Below are positions 56,301 to 64,000 of a stretch of DNA of 64,000 nucleotides, piece by piece. A program made the position numbers and the translations under genes. The DNA lies in contig OZ374565.1 in the NCBI GenBank assembly GCA_977862235.1, positions 1-64,000 on the forward strand. The letters run 5' to 3'. The notes below the pieces were generated by a model. That model was not told where the DNA came from. It worked only from the letters and a program-made list of their open reading frames with translations, and did not search any database. Source of the stretch: Dudresnaya verticillata. Taxonomy: Eukaryota. Within the stretch, counting starts at the first letter, position 1. Every line of letters starts with the position of its first letter.

Positions 56301-57983
56301 GGAGGGGGCGAACAACTTGCTGCTGTCACTGTTCTACCTGGACGACGGCGTCATCGTGGCGAAACACGCCGTACTCAGGAAGGTTCTGTCCTTCTTTGAC
56401 TCCGAGGAAGCTAAGGGCTATGGCTTCCACCTGCGCATGGACAAGTGTACTGTTTGGTGGCCTACTGCACCCGACCCAGAAGACTGCGCTGCCTACCCGT
56501 CGGATCTTGGGCAGAGCTACGGAGAAGGCACTACAGTACTTCAGGCTCCGATTGGAACGCAGAACTACATGGAGGAGAGCGTGAATGGCCATGTCGAGTC
56601 CATCCAGCCCCTGCTGGACGCAATTTCGGGACTAGAAGACCTACACGTGGCCATCACTCTACTCCGCAACTGTGCCGGAGTCTGCCGGCTGAACTACCTG
56701 CTGCGAGTAGTTCCATCATCCGCCACGGCAAAGGGCGCCGAGCTCTTCGACCAGAAGATTGAGGCTTGCATGCGCAAGCTCGTGGGAGGAGTCCTACCGA
56801 GGGACACCTTCCGCGAACTTCAGCTTCCCCTGCGCACGAAAGAGCCCAGCTTCGGAATCGGTATTTCGGGAGCTGGCGACATGAACTCGAGCGCGTTTTT
56901 GGCGTCCCTTTCACTGACCCGCAACTTACTGCGTTCTATCTTACCCGCTTCTGTGAACACTGCTCTTTCTGACGATCCTTTTGCAGTAGAAGCGCACGAA
57001 GACTGGAGCGCCAAGTGCCATAGTGAGGATGCCCTGGACCTGGAGAAGATCGACAGCGACGAGTGCCCGCGCCAGCGGGACTTGACGCGGTTGGTTCTGA
57101 AGAAAGTGCAAGCCGAGCTGCCGCTCGGGGACAGGCGGACGCAAGCTTTCCGAGCTTCCCTTGGCGTGCCGGGCGCCAAGGACTGGCTCAAGTGCCAGCC
57201 GGCACCAGGCATGAAGACGTACATTGCGGATCGGGACTACCGCGTATGCCTTCGATTCTACTGTCGGATTCCACTGCTGGAACCCGACACGGAGTGTCCT
57301 CGGGCCGGGTGCAAGAAGATGATGGATGTTCACGGCGACCATCTGCTGATTTGTCCGAACGGCATGCGGAACAGCGGATCTCCTCGGTCGTGGCGCCACG
57401 ACTCTCAGGTTCGTCTGCTGGCTTCGGATCTGAAACGTGCGACACGCACCCCGATTGTGGAGCCCCGCCCTGTGGGGGCTCACTTGGATCGGCCGGACAT
57501 CAAGGCGCTTGGAACAGAAGGAGGAACGGACTACCTGGACGTCACAATCAGTCATCCACTGTCGTCAGAACAACGCATTCTCAGCTGCATAACAAACCCG
57601 CAAGGGACGCTGAAGAACGCCCACGCTGACAAGGTGCGGACTTACCGTGGCTTCATCCAGGCTGCCGGACCGGGGGCAAGGCTTGTGCCGGTGCCGATGA
57701 CCACACTAGGTGGCTGGCACCCGGAGGCGCACAAGTATATGCAAGAGTTGGCGGATACCGTGGCTTCTCGGGCCATGGTAACTCGCGGTGTTTCGCGAGC
57801 GGCTCTGTTCCACAGGCACGCGGCGCGACTGGTGCAGAACAACGTCAAGTGCCTGATGGAAGGGATCCAACAGGAGGTGTAGATGTGCAGGTTGTTTTGA
57901 GTTGGGGTTTAACTTTGTTGTGATACTACAGTAGATTGTACGTCGACAAATATTAGAATATGGTCACCTGTTATAAAGTTGAA
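53338..57983 (+). mobile_element. RLE non-LTR retrotransposon, copy 8 (4646 bp)
   Basis: Preceded by ACCTCAGTACT (53327-53337), followed by CTCACCTCAGTACT (57984-57997). Confidence 0.95.
54394..57882 (+). CDS. Retrotransposon RT/RLE polyprotein, 1162 aa
   Basis: Intact ORF, same motifs. Confidence 0.97.
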   Translation: MIGQQHPDMPKVWLSPCFMPSAKHRPTNSTSCPLGCQSSSLPTVEALLMHLRKMHVPGRRGPPTRTDIEPLKQQLLDYGVWYCVTHNKYMPTHCSSRMNSEGMYSMRYKNCSACPATRTPAFSHVPSNQLTTPSREETVAAPSQSPALDAVTETQPEDGEPADDILPAPRRIPDSQEPPPAPVPATREVPTAQTPPVARGPGGQLLPAVEDICRSHIPMVTHIPSRVRAEVRDALSKTVWAFTNATNSQEATKELTAFLLFPAAVLSNPPAASARASASTSASSIGTFRDRIRRWGLKDYDALWQEALKGSTFREQTAPSAEEQRRINASRALRLAKEGAYSKAAAALDSDGIAPATDSVIQSMKDKHPQSVPQTDADHELDQSEPLPTMPDFVPFTADEVRKAVAKFPRASASGGTGLSPTHLQELLSVPTTHEHTGLLGGLTKMVNVLASGAGPAELSPWIASAPLTALKKRTGGVRPIAVGETIRRLVSSMLMTRVAPKAKAYLEPLQLGVATSGGTEAIVHAVRKLQKSHGHDKSYGLLQVDLKNAFNLVSRKAFMKEVRRHMPELLPWVRYCYDSEGPHLWMGDTLLRSVTGVQQGDPLGPLLFALVLQALIKQLKELTADLRRSGRNQQAEGANNLLLSLFYLDDGVIVAKHAVLRKVLSFFDSEEAKGYGFHLRMDKCTVWWPTAPDPEDCAAYPSDLGQSYGEGTTVLQAPIGTQNYMEESVNGHVESIQPLLDAISGLEDLHVAITLLRNCAGVCRLNYLLRVVPSSATAKGAELFDQKIEACMRKLVGGVLPRDTFRELQLPLRTKEPSFGIGISGAGDMNSSAFLASLSLTRNLLRSILPASVNTALSDDPFAVEAHEDWSAKCHSEDALDLEKIDSDECPRQRDLTRLVLKKVQAELPLGDRRTQAFRASLGVPGAKDWLKCQPAPGMKTYIADRDYRVCLRFYCRIPLLEPDTECPRAGCKKMMDVHGDHLLICPNGMRNSGSPRSWRHDSQVRLLASDLKRATRTPIVEPRPVGAHLDRPDIKALGTEGGTDYLDVTISHPLSSEQRILSCITNPQGTLKNAHADKVRTYRGFIQAAGPGARLVPVPMTTLGGWHPEAHKYMQELADTVASRAMVTRGVSRAALFHRHAARLVQNNVKCLMEGIQQEV

Positions 57984-57997
57984 CTCACCTCAGTACT

Positions 57998-60900
57998 GCC
58001 GAATTTTTTGTTTCGGAGATTTCTCAGCAAGTTCTGCACCGATCTTTTCGGCGGCGGTGCCGCCTGTTCGAGCGCGCGACGGCGCGTCGGTGCGGGGTTT
58101 TTCAGCCCTTCACCTTCGCGGGCGGGCGAGCGCGGTCTACTTTTGTCTCTTTCCGCGCCGCCGATCTGCGCCGCGACGCCGTCGTCGTCGCCGCCGTCGC
58201 CGCCGCCGTCGTCGCCGACGGTCACGCGTTTCCTATTTTGCGCTTACTTTTAAGGTGATCCCTCACCTTGAAATTTGCCCGGGCCCCACTGACTTATCTT
58301 TCTTTCCCTGGCCCTGTACGCGTTTTGCTTGTACCCGGCACAGCCTAGACTCTGTCTAGGCTGCCGTGGACTGTCGACAGAGGGGTTTCACACCCTTCAA
58401 CTGACAGATTGGTAAAGGCCAGGCTTGTCCTGTAAAATCTTCCTTCGGGAAGTGCCGAGAGACCTACAAGTGTGGGAATCGCCAAAGACCCTCGACCTTG
58501 AGTGGTAGGCGGCTCGTGACCCACAAGCTCATCGCAGAAACGTGCCAAGCAACGTCGAAGTTGGGGTAACGTGGCTTAAGCCTGGTGGATCCTGTTTTGA
58601 AACCACCCCTTCTAAGATCGAGCGAACGTCCTGCCAGCGAACCTTCGGGGGAGGCCAAAAATCCTGTGGGCACTCACAGGTAAACGGTGGTTCTGCGACC
58701 CCATTGAGAGCTTGTGCAAACGAGAAGTACCGCGCGTTACAGGACCGCAGTGAAGAGAGTCTTCTCAGCTGCGGCAGGGAAGGGAACGTCCGATACCTCT
58801 GCGCGCACGAACGCTAACACGCGCGCCCTTTTGCGCGAGCTCGTGCGCAAAGTGCGCGATCTCGCGCCCTACGCTGCGAAGAGGCCCTCATCTCGCAGCA
58901 AGGCCACCTGTAGCACCCTCTGGAGGTGTCCCGAACAGACTGACGACGGACGACAGGCTTGCGTCCCGGTTAGGAGGCCTGTGCCCCGTGGGAACCTACT
59001 GTAGAGGACCTTTACAGGTACCTTACCCAGCGCTGTAACCATGATTGGTCAGCAGCACCCCGACATGCCGAAGGTATGGCTCTCTCCATGCTTTATGCCT
59101 TCGGCAAAACACCGCCCGACAAACAGTACCAGCTGTCCTCTGGGCTGCCAGTCGTCCTCACTGCCTACTGTAGAAGCGCTACTCATGCACCTGCGGAAGA
59201 TGCATGTTCCTGGCAGGCGAGGACCACCGACGAGGACCGACATCGAGCCTCTCAAGCAGCAGCTCCTGGACTATGGAGTATGGTACTGTGTGACTCACAA
59301 CAAGTACATGCCCACCCACTGTAGCTCCCGCATGAACAGTGAAGGCATGTACAGTATGCGGTACAAGAATTGCAGCGCATGTCCCGCTACTCGCACTCCG
59401 GCGTTCTCCCACGTCCCGTCCAACCAATTGACGACACCGAGCCGTGAAGAAACTGTAGCCGCGCCATCACAGTCTCCTGCTCTGGACGCGGTCACGGAGA
59501 CGCAACCCGAGGACGGCGAGCCAGCGGACGATATCCTGCCAGCCCCGCGACGAATCCCGGACAGCCAGGAGCCGCCTCCTGCACCGGTACCTGCTACTCG
59601 CGAGGTACCAACTGCGCAAACCCCACCCGTTGCGCGGGGTCCAGGAGGGCAGCTTCTGCCGGCGGTCGAAGACATCTGTCGCTCGCATATCCCTATGGTC
59701 ACACATATACCGTCTCGCGTCCGCGCCGAGGTGCGCGACGCACTGTCCAAGACGGTATGGGCTTTTACGAACGCAACCAACTCTCAGGAAGCCACCAAAG
59801 AGCTCACTGCATTCCTGCTTTTTCCAGCAGCCGTCTTGTCCAATCCTCCCGCCGCGAGTGCAAGGGCCAGCGCGTCAACCTCTGCGTCCTCGATCGGCAC
59901 CTTCCGCGATCGAATCCGACGCTGGGGACTCAAGGATTACGACGCCCTATGGCAGGAGGCCTTGAAGGGCTCGACATTCCGTGAGCAGACTGCGCCTTCC
60001 GCAGAAGAGCAACGCCGTATCAATGCCTCACGAGCCCTTCGCCTTGCAAAGGAGGGCGCCTACAGTAAGGCAGCAGCAGCTCTAGACTCTGATGGAATCG
60101 CCCCAGCCACAGACTCTGTGATACAGTCCATGAAGGACAAGCACCCGCAGTCCGTACCGCAAACCGACGCGGACCACGAGCTTGACCAGTCCGAACCGCT
60201 GCCGACCATGCCTGACTTCGTGCCTTTCACAGCCGACGAAGTACGAAAAGCAGTGGCCAAGTTCCCCCGGGCTTCGGCCTCGGGGGGAACAGGACTATCA
60301 CCGACCCATCTGCAGGAACTGCTCTCAGTCCCGACCACTCACGAGCACACGGGCCTGCTTGGCGGGCTCACCAAAATGGTCAACGTGCTGGCCAGCGGCG
60401 CAGGACCTGCGGAGCTGTCGCCTTGGATTGCCAGCGCTCCTCTCACGGCTCTGAAGAAGCGCACCGGCGGTGTCCGCCCCATTGCTGTAGGAGAGACAAT
60501 CCGACGACTCGTGAGCTCTATGCTCATGACCAGAGTCGCTCCCAAGGCCAAGGCATACCTCGAACCGCTTCAGCTCGGGGTCGCAACCTCGGGCGGCACA
60601 GAAGCCATTGTACACGCGGTCCGGAAGCTGCAGAAGTCTCACGGCCATGACAAGTCCTACGGGTTGCTACAAGTGGACTTGAAGAATGCCTTCAACCTTG
60701 TCAGCCGCAAAGCATTCATGAAGGAGGTCCGCCGACATATGCCTGAACTACTACCGTGGGTCAGATACTGTTATGACTCTGAGGGCCCGCACCTGTGGAT
60801 GGGTGACACTCTACTGCGGAGTGTCACTGGTGTACAGCAAGGTGACCCGCTCGGGCCGTTACTGTTTGCTTTGGTGCTGCAGGCACTGATCAAACAGTTG

Positions 60901-62630
60901 AAGGAACTCACCGCCGACCTGCGGCGCTCGGGCCGCAATCAGCAAGCGGAGGGGGCGAACAACTTGCTGCTGTCACTGTTCTACCTGGACGACGGCGTCA
61001 TCGTGGCGAAACACGCCGTACTCAGGAAGGTTCTGTCCTTCTTTGACTCCGAGGAAGCTAAGGGCTATGGCTTCCACCTGCGCATGGACAAGTGTACTGT
61101 TTGGTGGCCTACTGCACCCGACCCAGAAGACTGCGCTGCCTACCCGTCGGATCTTGGGCAGAGCTACGGAGAAGGCACTACAGTACTTCAGGCTCCGATT
61201 GGAACGCAGAACTACATGGAGGAGAGCGTGAATGGCCATGTCGAGTCCATCCAGCCCCTGCTGGACGCAATTTCGGGACTAGAAGACCTACACGTGGCCA
61301 TCACTCTACTCCGCAACTGTGCCGGAGTCTGCCGGCTGAACTACCTGCTGCGAGTAGTTCCATCATCCGCCACGGCAAAGGGCGCCGAGCTCTTCGACCA
61401 GAAGATTGAGGCTTGCATGCGCAAGCTCGTGGGAGGAGTCCTACCGAGGGACACCTTCCGCGAACTTCAGCTTCCCCTGCGCACGAAAGAGCCCAGCTTC
61501 GGAATCGGTATTTCGGGAGCTGGCGACATGAACTCGAGCGCGTTTTTGGCGTCCCTTTCACTGACCCGCAACTTACTGCGTTCTATCTTACCCGCTTCTG
61601 TGAACACTGCTCTTTCTGACGATCCTTTTGCAGTAGAAGCGCACGAAGACTGGAGCGCCAAGTGCCATAGTGAGGATGCCCTGGACCTGGAGAAGATCGA
61701 CAGCGACGAGTGCCCGCGCCAGCGGGACTTGACGCGGTTGGTTCTGAAGAAAGTGCAAGCCGAGCTGCCGCTCGGGGACAGGCGGACGCAAGCTTTCCGA
61801 GCTTCCCTTGGCGTGCCGGGCGCCAAGGACTGGCTCAAGTGCCAGCCGGCACCAGGCATGAAGACGTACATTGCGGATCGGGACTACCGCGTATGCCTTC
61901 GATTCTACTGTCGGATTCCACTGCTGGAACCCGACACGGAGTGTCCTCGGGCCGGGTGCAAGAAGATGATGGATGTTCACGGCGACCATCTGCTGATTTG
62001 TCCGAACGGCATGCGGAACAGCGGATCTCCTCGGTCGTGGCGCCACGACTCTCAGGTTCGTCTGCTGGCTTCGGATCTGAAACGTGCGACACGCACCCCG
62101 ATTGTGGAGCCCCGCCCTGTGGGGGCTCACTTGGATCGGCCGGACATCAAGGCGCTTGGAACAGAAGGAGGAACGGACTACCTGGACGTCACAATCAGTC
62201 ATCCACTGTCGTCAGAACAACGCATTCTCAGCTGCATAACAAACCCGCAAGGGACGCTGAAGAACGCCCACGCTGACAAGGTGCGGACTTACCGTGGCTT
62301 CATCCAGGCTGCCGGACCGGGGGCAAGGCTTGTGCCGGTGCCGATGACCACACTAGGTGGCTGGCACCCGGAGGCGCACAAGTATATGCAAGAGTTGGCG
62401 GATACCGTGGCTTCTCGGGCCATGGTAACTCGCGGTGTTTCGCGAGCGGCTCTGTTCCACAGGCACGCGGCGCGACTGGTGCAGAACAACGTCAAGTGCC
62501 TGATGGAAGGGATCCAACAGGAGGTGTAGATGTGCAGGTTGTTTTGAGTTGGGGTTTAACTTTGTTGTGATACTACAGTAGATTGTACGTCGACAAATAT
62601 TAGAATATGGTCACCTGTTATAAAGTTGAA
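57998..62630 (+). mobile_element. RLE non-LTR retrotransposon, copy 9 (variant 5' end, 13 nt shorter)
   Basis: Starts GCCGAATTTTTTG; ends ATAAAGTTGAA followed by the 14-bp target. Confidence 0.95.
59041..62529 (+). CDS. Retrotransposon RT/RLE polyprotein, 1162 aa
   Basis: Intact ORF, same motifs. Confidence 0.97.
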   Translation: MIGQQHPDMPKVWLSPCFMPSAKHRPTNSTSCPLGCQSSSLPTVEALLMHLRKMHVPGRRGPPTRTDIEPLKQQLLDYGVWYCVTHNKYMPTHCSSRMNSEGMYSMRYKNCSACPATRTPAFSHVPSNQLTTPSREETVAAPSQSPALDAVTETQPEDGEPADDILPAPRRIPDSQEPPPAPVPATREVPTAQTPPVARGPGGQLLPAVEDICRSHIPMVTHIPSRVRAEVRDALSKTVWAFTNATNSQEATKELTAFLLFPAAVLSNPPAASARASASTSASSIGTFRDRIRRWGLKDYDALWQEALKGSTFREQTAPSAEEQRRINASRALRLAKEGAYSKAAAALDSDGIAPATDSVIQSMKDKHPQSVPQTDADHELDQSEPLPTMPDFVPFTADEVRKAVAKFPRASASGGTGLSPTHLQELLSVPTTHEHTGLLGGLTKMVNVLASGAGPAELSPWIASAPLTALKKRTGGVRPIAVGETIRRLVSSMLMTRVAPKAKAYLEPLQLGVATSGGTEAIVHAVRKLQKSHGHDKSYGLLQVDLKNAFNLVSRKAFMKEVRRHMPELLPWVRYCYDSEGPHLWMGDTLLRSVTGVQQGDPLGPLLFALVLQALIKQLKELTADLRRSGRNQQAEGANNLLLSLFYLDDGVIVAKHAVLRKVLSFFDSEEAKGYGFHLRMDKCTVWWPTAPDPEDCAAYPSDLGQSYGEGTTVLQAPIGTQNYMEESVNGHVESIQPLLDAISGLEDLHVAITLLRNCAGVCRLNYLLRVVPSSATAKGAELFDQKIEACMRKLVGGVLPRDTFRELQLPLRTKEPSFGIGISGAGDMNSSAFLASLSLTRNLLRSILPASVNTALSDDPFAVEAHEDWSAKCHSEDALDLEKIDSDECPRQRDLTRLVLKKVQAELPLGDRRTQAFRASLGVPGAKDWLKCQPAPGMKTYIADRDYRVCLRFYCRIPLLEPDTECPRAGCKKMMDVHGDHLLICPNGMRNSGSPRSWRHDSQVRLLASDLKRATRTPIVEPRPVGAHLDRPDIKALGTEGGTDYLDVTISHPLSSEQRILSCITNPQGTLKNAHADKVRTYRGFIQAAGPGARLVPVPMTTLGGWHPEAHKYMQELADTVASRAMVTRGVSRAALFHRHAARLVQNNVKCLMEGIQQEV

Positions 62631-62644
62631 CTCACCTCAGTACT

Positions 62645-64000
62645 GCCGAATTTTTTGTTTCGGAGATTTCTCAGCAAGTTCTGCACCGATCTTTTCGGCG
62701 GCGGTGCCGCCTGTTCGAGCGCGCGACGGCGCGTCGGTGCGGGGTTTTTCAGCCCTTCACCTTCGCGGGCGGGCGAGCGCGGTCTACTTTTGTCTCTTTC
62801 CGCGCCGCCGATCTGCGCCGCGACGCCGTCGTCGTCGCCGCCGTCGCCGCCGCCGTCGTCGCCGACGGTCACGCGTTTCCTATTTTGCGCTTACTTTTAA
62901 GGTGATCCCTCACCTTGAAATTTGCCCGGGCCCCACTGACTTATCTTTCTTTCCCTGGCCCTGTACGCGTTTTGCTTGTACCCGGCACAGCCTAGACTCT
63001 GTCTAGGCTGCCGTGGACTGTCGACAGAGGGGTTTCACACCCTTCAACTGACAGATTGGTAAAGGCCAGGCTTGTCCTGTAAAATCTTCCTTCGGGAAGT
63101 GCCGAGAGACCTACAAGTGTGGGAATCGCCAAAGACCCTCGACCTTGAGTGGTAGGCGGCTCGTGACCCACAAGCTCATCGCAGAAACGTGCCAAGCAAC
63201 GTCGAAGTTGGGGTAACGTGGCTTAAGCCTGGTGGATCCTGTTTTGAAACCACCCCTTCTAAGATCGAGCGAACGTCCTGCCAGCGAACCTTCGGGGGAG
63301 GCCAAAAATCCTGTGGGCACTCACAGGTAAACGGTGGTTCTGCGACCCCATTGAGAGCTTGTGCAAACGAGAAGTACCGCGCGTTACAGGACCGCAGTGA
63401 AGAGAGTCTTCTCAGCTGCGGCAGGGAAGGGAACGTCCGATACCTCTGCGCGCACGAACGCTAACACGCGCGCCCTTTTGCGCGAGCTCGTGCGCAAAGT
63501 GCGCGATCTCGCGCCCTACGCTGCGAAGAGGCCCTCATCTCGCAGCAAGGCCACCTGTAGCACCCTCTGGAGGTGTCCCGAACAGACTGACGACGGACGA
63601 CAGGCTTGCGTCCCGGTTAGGAGGCCTGTGCCCCGTGGGAACCTACTGTAGAGGACCTTTACAGGTACCTTACCCAGCGCTGTAACCATGATTGGTCAGC
63701 AGCACCCCGACATGCCGAAGGTATGGCTCTCTCCATGCTTTATGCCTTCGGCAAAACACCGCCCGACAAACAGTACCAGCTGTCCTCTGGGCTGCCAGTC
63801 GTCCTCACTGCCTACTGTAGAAGCGCTACTCATGCACCTGCGGAAGATGCATGTTCCTGGCAGGCGAGGACCACCGACGAGGACCGACATCGAGCCTCTC
63901 AAGCAGCAGCTCCTGGACTATGGAGTATGGTACTGTGTGACTCACAACAAGTACATGCCCACCCACTGTAGCTCCCGCATGAACAGTGAAGGCATGTACA
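62645..64000 (+). mobile_element. RLE non-LTR retrotransposon, copy 10 (cut by the window edge)
   Basis: Repeat of copy 9 at offset 4647. Confidence 0.93.
63688..64000 (+). CDS. Retrotransposon polyprotein, N-terminal part (runs off the window)
   Basis: ATGATTGGTCAGCAGCAC... matches the start of the other copies. Confidence 0.9.
   Translation, partial: MIGQQHPDMPKVWLSPCFMPSAKHRPTNSTSCPLGCQSSSLPTVEALLMHLRKMHVPGRRGPPTRTDIEPLKQQLLDYGVWYCVTHNKYMPTHCSSRMNSEGMY

Overview
Eukaryotic chromosome left end, probably a florideophyte red alga judging from the 5S rRNA sequence. Layout: (CCCCTAAA)n telomere (1-1533); seven head-to-tail ~4.65-kb non-LTR retrotransposons (1534-34021); a 1210-bp-period 5S rDNA array with one disrupted and 15 intact genes on the minus strand (34022-53316); then at least three more retrotransposon copies running off the window. 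Each element has one 1162-aa ORF (C2H2 finger, RT, CCHC knuckle, restriction-like endonuclease) with CRE/SLACS-clade-like motifs. The elements are 5S-specific: every complete 3' end joins CTCACCTC(AGTACT) from the box C region, antisense to the 5S gene, and this 14-mer separates most tandem copies like a target-site duplication. The ~1.05-kb 5' UTR is highly structured and carries a bipartite copy of the target, 5S box C (14 nt) and box A (10 nt), at exactly the native 22-nt spacing. The telomere is added to the distal 5'-truncated copy at a target-like TCACCT motif, in the same register as retrotransposon 3' junctions.
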